A stretch of DNA of 25,999 nt, from IMG/VR virus record IMGVR_UViG_3300020381_000791, positions 1-25,999 of that record, one strand, 5' to 3'. The translations under genes were made by a program, and so were the position numbers. The DNA is from a virus. Its lineage: Duplodnaviria; Caudoviricetes. The notes beneath the pieces were generated by a model, which had not been told where the DNA came from, did no database searches, and saw only the letters and a list, made by a program, of their open reading frames with translations. Shown here piece after piece: positions 15,801 through 23,138 of the stretch (within the stretch, counting starts at the first letter, position 1; each line of letters starts with the position of its first letter).

Positions 15801-16949
15801 ATATCTGCTGATTTCCTTAAAGTTATATTTACACCAGAACAATTAGGTCCAGAGGTTTCTAATCTAATACAAGAAATATTACAAGGTACTGGATATGAAG
15901 ATCCAATTAATGGATTTTATTCTCCAATAGATATAATTCCTTATTTATATGCTGCTCAAAAAGCAGGTAAAGCAAATCCTTCTTATGTGTTTTCTTCTCA
16001 AAATCCAGATGATCAACAACTTAATAAAGGTTTACAATTACTTACAGGTTTAACTAAAGCTTCAATTTTCTGGGACGAAGATGAAGACGGATATGAACAA
16101 TTACAATTCCTAACTAATTTTGAAAACAAGATATGGGCTTTAAATGAGTTGTGGGAAAACAATGACGGACAGATTGCTAACAATGATGAAATACAAAATT
16201 TGGTAGATGATGTGTATGAATCATTTACAATCTTTAACCACATTATGGGAGACATAGAAACTTTTAGTAAAAAGAATGTTTTAAGTGGCGAACAATGGTG
16301 GAACTTTTATGTTAAACCTAAATTTAAATCTTTAAGTTTAGATTGGAAGATGCCTGTTCCTTCTGAAGGTTCAATTGAAAATCAAACTTTTAATGTTGTT
16401 TTATCTGACAAAAATGTAACTGCTGAGTTTCAAACAATTGCAGCAGCTAAACCGTTTAAGGCAGTAAAAATTAATGCAACATCTTCACAAGTTCCTGACG
16501 GTGACACAATTAACTCAATGTATAGTGCAAAGGATTCAGAAGCTATTCGTGTTATAGGAATTATGGCTTATGAAATGTCTACTGATCCAGTAGTTGATCC
16601 AGAAGAAAGAGAAATTGCTATAACACAGAAAGCATTTTTACAACAATTAGTTGATAGATACGAAGGAAGACTTTATTATGTCACCGATGCTAGATTTGGA
16701 AACGACAACAGAAAAGATCCATACAACAGAGTCTTGGGTTGGTTGTTTGTGGAAAATGGTATTAATGGGGATTTAGCTGACGGTCAAGGAGAATATATAT
16801 TTTTCGGAGATCACTTCAGTCCAGCAGATAACTATTACAATATAAATAGAGGCGGAGCTTCTAGTGAAAAAGAATTTGAAACTAAAGATGATGAAAAAGG
16901 AATTTACGATTTGAGCACTTTTGAAGATACAATAGAGATTGATGAATAA
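9801..16949 (+). CDS. Very large probable internal virion (ejection) protein with C-terminal thermonuclease (SNase)-like domain
   Basis: ~2380 aa in the virion operon. The C-terminus contains VPDGDTI...IRVIGIMAYE...KDPYNRVLGWLFV, matching the SNase pattern DGDT...RLxGIDxPE...DxYGRxLAYV. ATG 9801 preferred over GTG 9795. Confidence 0.7.
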   Translation: MSDLEKRLEEDSEYKPEEQEYDGALSYNLPTPKDLTNYYPSSENVNVERYEKAILNTNGEVPSSWVLSLTPEQIDELNSYSPDFVNELSSVANYYDDLFDVENDIQETAMRRANSRVNSINWGAALGAGAGIVVPGEKPKDLQEEYDQALDEVRQEKLGAELSLFETSDKTMENVTNEKIPNNVQEGAMGNLWQKVKSNFSDSYRTGVFLGNAIFRPKSLNPADAPEEFKPESFRNPISTIVLAGKATSWAGTKILSLLPGVDFNDEDISKGEQNNISTVEAARDLSIKRFRAVSAANTFEAAMQSDPWLANEILNLPIVQGDVMKAQAIFQVMTEANNPEFMDANNQYVEAVYDATNDQIKKIVSGEDTVGEALVNGLGWYSKHIVGGFSTGVFLLSTEDGRQMANEFGLRDAVKKMDYKPSEVLGYSDTFTGNMIDLATQFGFDPTIWLFTPATGIRGGAVTQFAKAKYVKGFMSTGIGKQFADDLYKVLRDGSKLQKQTLLRNFGDRNQARLRNIVKDDVARGASETTSERFYKIYTDSLLMGDNPYVFHKTAWNRLKSQRTAKIIEKASEGDGKSIKAFAKLLTSKNISTKVNLAGPNPKRSIMEAIESMIHGTKLPEEDIVNILNGLENNLDELFEATLGGGTNFAGDAIAAARLSIINQSDLINYFEMALGRRPRNIIKNLDNNTTASGQSIRNLELDEIGEGVKNLDMPVFSFKGISEIIKKAEKKLKTLNKNNAAQELIDKQVAYIARLKEQRKAGIVKPVKGTKQGELQTYDRFDVDSIFNQDDFWRGSANKEYMQQLLDDANELAGLVPGSKESVKASAQFNKLLDDFYVQLDDVLSGAAKGRDFNAVSALIQKTHYQLMNKLDNLMMDYDKLLNTSVRSLQQNAMLDSLNNLVVKLGWHNYKRFKGGWYELVSVGDKMYDQAKAVAKGAQKKDKAAVLKDHPNAVWVENPIKITRNKKGDITRIDIDWATLKIMMNYRDEVGAASAVLRGQSKIFDRPQGSRFMYNETEEAFMAAGRKYDDQLVRDLKKNFKLPKDLPDEEVIAYVEQVRDLKRTTNQVVEGELPISPLEFALINSAVEGKNVTNVFRQLNAKGWYQRAEQFQRAWSFEKVMRPGTAFVAAFDELFFYKSIFGWKGTGKDYIFNRGVRKTLREIKKRGGINKAMNDPALADEINKWVYEALERQQKLPIEVAQRYKIGFDKNAPVELLSNTDAGFFQFAQQHIDGLLKDYGFQQYAQIIDKLRKLKPSKDLTQKQIDDMFLKGEEDWAKWFSSSDADYIKGLKLYGYKQGGGPISSVYVSLGKKAVPHQHYLTNSEEAWKYYESLKKWYTMGVPAKHVDDVWNSFIKSALERTKKGGNVNALPDQKWIGRIKVPGVKKQNGWLGQKNPLMARDSTLMEQMFGNPAWNRANLFANKAHATRVAQLESLFKSQGKQIIRAEDIGSGFGIATDAVDPRFMSDAWGMSYFDDQLFNAGYVTDNYINALAADYATSEIDDLMLKFHLSTPIGRDFRFLAPFGGPWADFWGRYLKDLSRRSQLRGNWWAFTDEKTAGNFAKKRIADVLNHLPNMRRFSYMSRVANADLAGTAANPFHSFGLGEERMQYDFSPVTFLPNGDSPMFAVNPIGGFIPLILIGTAMNTLDDDAYFELQDTIEDLFPATNFFPPEEKWKNDGLGTLGSYLAGGGVLNQTMRSLDFVQEALGMHEAPQSIGDVSTQLKYGRTENNYFHNNTNIVLNMETNWETIGDFQEYVNTVAKDARNNAAMSAGAQGVVRLGVPVNVKFTTRYTDVADNWIDFSKATGVFEDVVRPATRKLLKDNPYNEDNKVQALNDIRRWWFNLGDTTEGRAKQLVLSKKHPQIYSLTIPGYTVTELGARILPKREGKIYSEGDVFRTGTQDNSSQYADYLSEGLIQVRLPDEKVKHIIHENAAWVVDAVPVVYDRMAEILNEPEVQAAEAMAFGGRTAAEILSNADMREIYGISLASSDVKNIEDISADFLKVIFTPEQLGPEVSNLIQEILQGTGYEDPINGFYSPIDIIPYLYAAQKAGKANPSYVFSSQNPDDQQLNKGLQLLTGLTKASIFWDEDEDGYEQLQFLTNFENKIWALNELWENNDGQIANNDEIQNLVDDVYESFTIFNHIMGDIETFSKKNVLSGEQWWNFYVKPKFKSLSLDWKMPVPSEGSIENQTFNVVLSDKNVTAEFQTIAAAKPFKAVKINATSSQVPDGDTINSMYSAKDSEAIRVIGIMAYEMSTDPVVDPEEREIAITQKAFLQQLVDRYEGRLYYVTDARFGNDNRKDPYNRVLGWLFVENGINGDLADGQGEYIFFGDHFSPADNYYNINRGGASSEKEFETKDDEKGIYDLSTFEDTIEIDE

Positions 16950-18592
16950 TGGCTGATAAAAGAAAAAATCCATATGAAAATTATGCGCAAGAGATAATAT
17001 CTCCTGATGTTATAGCTGGATATACAAAAAAATATTTAGACAAGTATATGAACACTAAAGTTGAAGGTAAAGCTTTTATGCCTTTGTTGTTCTCTGTGAT
17101 ACATCACGAATCAGCTGGTATGAACAAATGGATAAAAGCTAGAGGAACTGAAGGATCTTTTGGATTATTTCAAATTAATTGGAGAGTTCATTCAGAAAAT
17201 ATTATAAAAAATTATCCTCAATTTGCAGCAGCTGGTATTCAAGATATGGATATTAGTGAAATGGACGAAACTATGTATGCAAGTTTAGTAGAACTAATGG
17301 GTGATTTAGATTTCCAATTTTCTTATGCAAGAACATTAATGGACAATAGAGATGCTAATAGTGATAATATATTTGCAGATTGGAACGCTTATAACGGCGG
17401 TGGCTATGCTCAACATTTTAATAATTATGTAAGTGTTGTTCAACCTTACGAAAATATGAACGATGCAGATTTAATAAATCTTGCTAACAGTTATACACCT
17501 CTTGGTGGTCCAACAGGTTTAGAGGACGCTATTACAGATACAGATCCAGCAGATTCAAATCTTGTTAGTGGAGCTCCAACTCAAAATCAAGAAAAATGGA
17601 AACAAATTAAACAATCTTATGGTGGTGAATTTTATGATTATGAAAATGATGTATGGATAGGAGATTACGAAAATCAACCTGGTTTTAAAGCTTGGGAATT
17701 TGCATTTCAAGGAGGTTTACGAGGTGATGAAAATAAAGGTTATGTCGATTGGTTTACAGATTCTGCTCAAGATAGAGCAGGAGTTTTAGATAAAGAGTGG
17801 AATGCTATATCTAATCAAGACGGATATTTTAATCCATTTCAAATAAGTGCTTTATCAGGACCTCCAACAATGGCTGATACTGTAAAGATAGCTGTATATA
17901 ACAGATTCTTACGTTCAGCATCTAACGCAGGTTTTAACGCTAGTGTTGCCCAATCTATGGCTTTACAACATCTATCAAATCCAATTGCAATAAATCGTAT
18001 GGACAGAGCAGTTGGATTAGGTATGGAAAGAGGATTTACAGTTGAAGATATAATAAATATTGTTTCTAAAGATATTCAAAATTATCAACACGATCAACAA
18101 TATAAAGAGTGGTCTTTTAGATTACCTACTTATCAAGAAACTTCTTATAGAGAAACTCAAAGTTTAAACGAAAAAATAAATAAGAAGGTTAGTTCTGTGC
18201 TACTTCAAGATGCACCGTATCTAACTGATGAAATTAGAAATGCTTATACAGATTACAAAATTATAAATCCTAATACACAAGTTTCAATAGAAGATTTTGC
18301 TATGCCTTTCATTAAGCAGACAAGTAGATACAAAAGAATATATCATCAAAAACCTGCAATGTTTACACCAGAACAATACATTAATCAATATGTTCAAGGT
18401 GTAGGAAGTGTTATGGCCCCTGGAGATCCAAACTATCAACAAATGATTGCTAGTCAGGCATCTATGGGTGGAACTGCACAAGAAGCGCAAACAGGTGCTT
18501 TCTTTGGAAGTTCTAATGTAGGATTAGGAGATACATTTAGAAATAAAGTATCTTCTTTAGGAGAAAGAATAGGAGCGTTGTTTAATAGATAA
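16949..18592 (+). CDS. Probable internal virion protein with N-terminal lysozyme-like/lytic transglycosylase domain
   Basis: VIHHESAG (catalytic Glu-Ser), GSFGLFQIN and WNAYNGG motifs in the first ~155 aa; TAATG coupling to the previous gene. Confidence 0.75.
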   Translation: MADKRKNPYENYAQEIISPDVIAGYTKKYLDKYMNTKVEGKAFMPLLFSVIHHESAGMNKWIKARGTEGSFGLFQINWRVHSENIIKNYPQFAAAGIQDMDISEMDETMYASLVELMGDLDFQFSYARTLMDNRDANSDNIFADWNAYNGGGYAQHFNNYVSVVQPYENMNDADLINLANSYTPLGGPTGLEDAITDTDPADSNLVSGAPTQNQEKWKQIKQSYGGEFYDYENDVWIGDYENQPGFKAWEFAFQGGLRGDENKGYVDWFTDSAQDRAGVLDKEWNAISNQDGYFNPFQISALSGPPTMADTVKIAVYNRFLRSASNAGFNASVAQSMALQHLSNPIAINRMDRAVGLGMERGFTVEDIINIVSKDIQNYQHDQQYKEWSFRLPTYQETSYRETQSLNEKINKKVSSVLLQDAPYLTDEIRNAYTDYKIINPNTQVSIEDFAMPFIKQTSRYKRIYHQKPAMFTPEQYINQYVQGVGSVMAPGDPNYQQMIASQASMGGTAQEAQTGAFFGSSNVGLGDTFRNKVSSLGERIGALFNR

Positions 18593-20469
18593 TGGTTAGA
18601 AATTTTAGAAGATCAATTACTTTTGACTTTGCACCAGGAAGACCTGCTAGTGAAGTCATAAAAGAAATACGAGAAAAAGCAGTTAAAGAAGTTGTGAAAG
18701 CAAAAGTAGAGGAAGCTCCTAAAGGAACTTCTGTTGCAAATATTGTACAAGAAATAAAAAATGATCCAGTAGTTCAAAGTTTTATTCCTGATCCAGCTCC
18801 AGCACCAGCTTCAGCACCAGCTTCAGCTCCAGATCCTGAGCCAGCACAAGCTTCAGCTCCAGATCCTGAGCCAACACCTGCACCTGATTATGGAAGTGAT
18901 TATAGATCACAAGTTCCTCAAATAGCTCAAGACATAATTGAAAGTCAAGTAGGTAGTTCAACTGAAGCAGAAGTAAATGCAGTTTTAAGTAATATAGGTC
19001 AAGATTTAGAAGTACCTGAAGTTGCAACAGGATATGATGAAAGGAAAGTTTTTCAAGAAGCTTTAGATCAAGCAATGGAAACAAGTATTATAAATACTTT
19101 AGCTGAAAGTGGAGAACAAGAAAGAAATACATTTTTAAATGCTTTAGGTTATGAAGATTTAGCAACAGGACCAGGAATGCCTACACAAGCTACGGAAGGT
19201 GTTCCAACAACAGGAGGATTTGATAACAATATAGATACTGGTAATGGTAATGAGGACAATCAAGGCGGTGGTGAAGAAGTAGTTATTCCAACTATTGAAA
19301 CTTCTGAACCATTAAAAGAATTAACTCCTTATGCTCAAGGTGGAGTTTGGTATGCAGTAACAGGTTATCCTGGATTGCCAGTAGCTTATTTTGTGGAATA
19401 TACACTTCCAGGTGGAAACAAGATTTATTACTACGCAGATAGAAAAGATTTAGATACATTACAAGGTATTGGTGCAGGCAAAGAGCCGCCAATTGTTGCA
19501 ACTGTATCTTATAACGAATTTAAACAAGGAAGAATATCTGGAGGAAGTATTTCAGATGTTGTGGGAACTGAAGAACATTACTCAACAAGAGTAGAAAGAA
19601 CATTAATGGCTCCTACTGGTGATTTATTATTACCAACTTGGGCTAATGATGATCCAGAAATAAAAGATTTATTTTATGTCGCAATAGCAGAAAATTGGAG
19701 TGATACTAAATTTTTAAGAGAAATGGCTAAGAAAAATTCTTTTAAAGAAAGATTTCCTGCTTTTCAAGATATGCTTTCTTTAACAGGAGGAAATCATCAA
19801 CAAGCTTTAGTTAACTATCAAGAGTATGAAACTAGAGTCAGAGAATTAAATAACAGGTATGGAGAGTCTGCTGATTCTCAAGCTTTAGCTGCTGAAGCAA
19901 TTAAAAACGGTTTTACTCTTGACGACCTATCAGCAACATACGATATTTTTGAAAGAGCAGAACAAAACTCTTCTACTTTACTTGCTTTTCAAAAAGTAAT
20001 TAATGCAGAAGGACTATCTTTTTCTGTAACTGATCCTCAAGGAATTGTACAATTTTTTAAAGGAACTGCTCCAACTCAAATTTACGATCTATACGAAGCA
20101 AGCTCTATTACTGAACAAGCTTCTAAATTACAGTTGAATGATTTGTCTGTGGACGAAGCTTTAGAAATAGCTAAAAATACTCCTGGACAATTAACTAATC
20201 AACAAGTTTCTAGTGCTTTACAATCAGCAGCACAAACACTTTTAAGATATAGAGAGTATGTTGATTTAGGTAGTTATGGTTTAGATGCAGATCAAATTAT
20301 AAATCTATCTCTAGGATATAGAGAACCAGGCGGTATGACTGAAACAGAACTAGCTACTTCTTTATCAAGAATTTATCAAACAGATGATAATTTACAAAAC
20401 TTAGCTTCAGGTATTACTGCAAGTAAAAGTTTTCAGCAGAAAGATAGACAAATCCGATCTATTGGTTAA
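18592..20469 (+). CDS. Hypothetical structural/internal virion protein with Pro-Ala-rich linker
   Basis: 625 aa, TAATG coupling, acidic, PAPA-type linker near the N-terminus; assigned by position only. Confidence 0.6.
   Translation: MVRNFRRSITFDFAPGRPASEVIKEIREKAVKEVVKAKVEEAPKGTSVANIVQEIKNDPVVQSFIPDPAPAPASAPASAPDPEPAQASAPDPEPTPAPDYGSDYRSQVPQIAQDIIESQVGSSTEAEVNAVLSNIGQDLEVPEVATGYDERKVFQEALDQAMETSIINTLAESGEQERNTFLNALGYEDLATGPGMPTQATEGVPTTGGFDNNIDTGNGNEDNQGGGEEVVIPTIETSEPLKELTPYAQGGVWYAVTGYPGLPVAYFVEYTLPGGNKIYYYADRKDLDTLQGIGAGKEPPIVATVSYNEFKQGRISGGSISDVVGTEEHYSTRVERTLMAPTGDLLLPTWANDDPEIKDLFYVAIAENWSDTKFLREMAKKNSFKERFPAFQDMLSLTGGNHQQALVNYQEYETRVRELNNRYGESADSQALAAEAIKNGFTLDDLSATYDIFERAEQNSSTLLAFQKVINAEGLSFSVTDPQGIVQFFKGTAPTQIYDLYEASSITEQASKLQLNDLSVDEALEIAKNTPGQLTNQQVSSALQSAAQTLLRYREYVDLGSYGLDADQIINLSLGYREPGGMTETELATSLSRIYQTDDNLQNLASGITASKSFQQKDRQIRSIG
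18787..18886 (+). repeat. In-frame low-complexity repeat encoding PDPAPAPASAPASAPDPEPAQASAPDPEPTPAP
   Basis: AGCTTCAGCTCCAGATCCTGAGCCA occurs twice with a 30-bp period, plus 12-bp CAGCACCAGCTT units. Confidence 0.8.
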
Positions 20470-20479
20470 AATTGGTAAT

Positions 20480-20567
20480 AACAAGAGATTACTCAAACCT
20501 CTTGTTTGAAATAACTGGCTTTGAGTTAAGACAAGTATAAGAATACCACTCGATCCCTATAAGAGTG
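20480..20567 (+). promoter_or_regulatory. Predicted H-type pseudoknot plus hairpin in the scaffold leader
   Basis: Stem AACAAGAG (20480-20487)/CTCTTGTT (20499-20506). Loop ACTCAAA (20491-20497) is complementary to TTTGAGT (20520-20526). A second hairpin CACTC/GAGTG spans 20547-20567. Confidence 0.5.
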
Positions 20568-20589
20568 TGTAGACATAATAGGAGTAATA

Positions 20590-21084
20590 ATGTCAAATGA
20601 ACAAGGAGCTGGTTTGTCTAACGAAGAATCAATCCCAAATTTACGTGAAGCTTTAGATAAAGCTAAAGCGGATAATAGTACGTTGCAAGATCAATTTAAC
20701 GTAGTATCTGGAGAACTAAAAGGTATGAAAGCTAAAGAAGCTTTTAGAGCTGGCGGTTATCAAGATTCTCACGCTGAATTATTTCTTAAAGCAAATCCTG
20801 ATGCTGAGATCACTAATGAGACAGTTTCAGAATTTGTAACTTCGTATAATTTATCCCCTCAAAGTGCACCAGTAGAACAATCTGCTGGCTTAAACGATAT
20901 GGGTCAAGTTGCTGATAATGCAAGTCCTTCTGTTGTTGGAACACCTGAAGGTGGAAAAATGACAAAAGCAGACTACAAAAAATTACAAGTAAGTGATCCA
21001 ACCGCAGCACACGAAGCGTTAATCCAGGGCAAAGTAGAGATGAGAGACGATAATTACGTAGCTAACCAGACTTTTAATCAATAA
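20590..21084 (+). CDS. Probable capsid scaffolding protein
   Basis: 164 aa, acidic, N-terminal coiled coil (LREALDKAKADNSTLQDQF), AGGAG RBS, directly upstream of the capsid gene. Confidence 0.7.
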   Translation: MSNEQGAGLSNEESIPNLREALDKAKADNSTLQDQFNVVSGELKGMKAKEAFRAGGYQDSHAELFLKANPDAEITNETVSEFVTSYNLSPQSAPVEQSAGLNDMGQVADNASPSVVGTPEGGKMTKADYKKLQVSDPTAAHEALIQGKVEMRDDNYVANQTFNQ

Positions 21085-21102
21085 AAGAAGGGAAAGTGAC
21101 AA

Positions 21103-21981
21103 ATGGTCGACTTTACAAGTAACGATACAAATACCACTACGTATAATGATACAGTTTATGCTGCTATCATTAACGATGATATTTTAGATGCTTTACAAGC
21201 AGCCGTTGTGACACCTCCACTTCTAGCAATGTTCGATTTATCAGGACAACCGTCTAAAGCAGTAGATATTCCAATAGCTGATGCTGAATCAGCTGCTGCA
21301 GTTTCAGAAGGTGCGGAGCTTTCAAACACAGCTCTCTCAACTTCTAAAGCTACTCTTACTGCTTCTGAGGTCGGAATTATGGCTACAATTACAGACGTCT
21401 TAGACGTATCTTCTATTGCCGCAACTCGTGGTGCTCAAATGAGACAAATGGGTAACGCAGTAGCTCAAAAGATTGACGTTGACATCTGTGCTTTGTTAGC
21501 TGGATTCAGTACCGCAGTAGGTGCTTCTGGATCTAATCTATCACTCGCTAACTTATTCTCAGCAATTTATACTCTAGAAGCAGCTAATGCTCCTGGACCG
21601 TATGTTGGTGTATTACACCCAGTTCAAATTGCTGACTTAAGAACTGCTATTGAGGCTTCCTCTTCAGGAATCTTTACTGGCGGCGGTGTTAGATCAGGTG
21701 CTGGAGAAATTGGAACAAACACCGATACAGGTTACTTCGGTAACTTTATGGGTATTGACTTTTATCAGTCAACAAACGTTCCAACTGCAAACTCTGCTGC
21801 TGACCGTGCTGGTGGCGTATTCGCAAAAGATTACGCACTCGGTATGGTACAGAAATGGCCTGCAAAGACAGAAATTATGCGTTGGGCTCCAATTCGTGGT
21901 TTCGTAGTTGTTGTGTCATCTATGTATGGTGTCGGAGAAATCGTTGATAGTGCTGGTGTGGAAATCACAACAGACGCTTAA
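21103..21981 (+). CDS. Major capsid protein (HK97-like fold)
   Basis: 292 aa, Ala/Gly/Thr-rich. Segments AVSEGAEL, MGNAVAQKIDVDI, VLHPVQIADL, GNFMGIDFYQSTNVP and MYGVGEI follow the usual capsid pattern; located after the scaffold. Confidence 0.85.
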   Translation: MVDFTSNDTNTTTYNDTVYAAIINDDILDALQAAVVTPPLLAMFDLSGQPSKAVDIPIADAESAAAVSEGAELSNTALSTSKATLTASEVGIMATITDVLDVSSIAATRGAQMRQMGNAVAQKIDVDICALLAGFSTAVGASGSNLSLANLFSAIYTLEAANAPGPYVGVLHPVQIADLRTAIEASSSGIFTGGGVRSGAGEIGTNTDTGYFGNFMGIDFYQSTNVPTANSAADRAGGVFAKDYALGMVQKWPAKTEIMRWAPIRGFVVVVSSMYGVGEIVDSAGVEITTDA

Positions 21982-21996
21982 GCGTTTTAAGTCTGG

Positions 21997-22045
21997 GTAG
22001 GCAGAGTATTTTATTGTCGTGTGTTCCTACTAACACACACGACAA
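21997..22045 (+). promoter_or_regulatory. Perfect 11-bp hairpin (possible pseudoknot) between the capsid gene and the next RBS
   Basis: TTGTCGTGTGT (22014-22024)/ACACACGACAA (22035-22045). Loop CCTAC is complementary to upstream GTAGG (21997-22001). Followed by AGGAG rather than a U-tract. Confidence 0.5.
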
Positions 22046-22054
22046 AGGAGAGAT

Positions 22055-22573
22055 ATGGCTGAAAAGAAAAAAACAAGAGCTAAAAATGACAAAGGTCAAT
22101 TTATAGCTGATGACCCTAGCACTCCTGATGTTAATGAAGCTTATGTCCAGGAAAAAAAAGAAGACGAAGGTTATGTAAAAACTAAAAAGTTTAAAGGCCT
22201 AGTCTTAAAATTTACCGAACAAGGTAAATATCCTGACGGAAGAAAAGTGCCTTTCAAAAATATGAAAACTATGAAAGCGCTGCAAGTTGATTCTGACGGT
22301 ATGGTAACTGGAAATGTAGTTCAATTACCGTGGGAACAAACTGTTAACAATGGTGTAGCTGGAAATCCTGAAGACCAGATTGGTCTTAAAAAGTATGAAA
22401 GAAAAGGTTTTATATTCTGCGTAGATAACGACGGAACACCTTTATTTTCAACTCTTTGGGACGATTGGTCTGAGTATGATGCTAAATATGAGCACAAACT
22501 TAGACAACAAAACTTAGGTGAGTCTGGTAAGTTTGCATCTAACGCAACAACTTCAAGGACAATGGGTGGCTAA
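22055..22573 (+). CDS. Hypothetical phage protein (172 aa)
   Basis: AAGGAG RBS; N-terminal RAKNDKGQFIADDPSTPDVNEAY motif. Confidence 0.7.
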   Translation: MAEKKKTRAKNDKGQFIADDPSTPDVNEAYVQEKKEDEGYVKTKKFKGLVLKFTEQGKYPDGRKVPFKNMKTMKALQVDSDGMVTGNVVQLPWEQTVNNGVAGNPEDQIGLKKYERKGFIFCVDNDGTPLFSTLWDDWSEYDAKYEHKLRQQNLGESGKFASNATTSRTMGG

Positions 22574-23138
22574 AAAAGATAAGAAAAAAAAAGACAAAGA
22601 TAATTTAGGCGATGCGTCTAAATTAATGGAAGATTCTTTTGGTTTGGACAAACACCTGAAACCTAAAGCTTCTGATTTAGGAGAAGAAGAATTAGGCGAC
22701 GGTGTTTTCCAAAAAAAAGTTCGTGTTCATAGAGATGCTGCAGGAGAAATATCTCAATTAATAGATGCAGATGATCCTTTAACTAAAGAAGAAGAATTAG
22801 CTATGATGAAAGTTTATTCTAAAGTAGCTGAACAACCTCCTGTTATAAAAAAACCTCCTATAACTGATAAAGGAAAAGTAATTCATATACTTGCAACTCG
22901 TCTCTTTCAAGACTATGTTAAGAATGCAAGCAATATGACTAGACCGAATCCACTTAGAGACGGTATACCTGGTTGTGCGTGCCCTGTTAAGAGTAAGATA
23001 GGTTGCGTGGATTGGTGTGGTAAAGATAAGCTTGGTCCTAGGATATGGACGGCATCAGCACAAGAGGTATACGATTGGATAGTAGAAGTAGTGAAAAGAC
23101 GAGCTAATATAGTAGACTCGAGTAAGAAGAGTAAATAG
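22566..23138 (+). CDS. Hypothetical protein with C-terminal four-Cys cluster
   Basis: Likely start GTG 22566 (MAKKDKKKK), with AAGGA upstream and overlap with the previous stop; contains GCACPVKSKIGCVDWCG. Confidence 0.65.
   Translation: MAKKDKKKKDKDNLGDASKLMEDSFGLDKHLKPKASDLGEEELGDGVFQKKVRVHRDAAGEISQLIDADDPLTKEEELAMMKVYSKVAEQPPVIKKPPITDKGKVIHILATRLFQDYVKNASNMTRPNPLRDGIPGCACPVKSKIGCVDWCGKDKLGPRIWTASAQEVYDWIVEVVKRRANIVDSSKKSK

Noticed and set aside
9801-16949. Giant protein as a virion RNA polymerase (N4- or crAss-like) or a tape measure protein
   Set aside because: I found no DxDGD/DFDID catalytic motif or convincing T7-type polymerase motifs. The only DGD I noticed is in the SNase context. 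No tail tube or sheath genes are visible to support a tape measure role.
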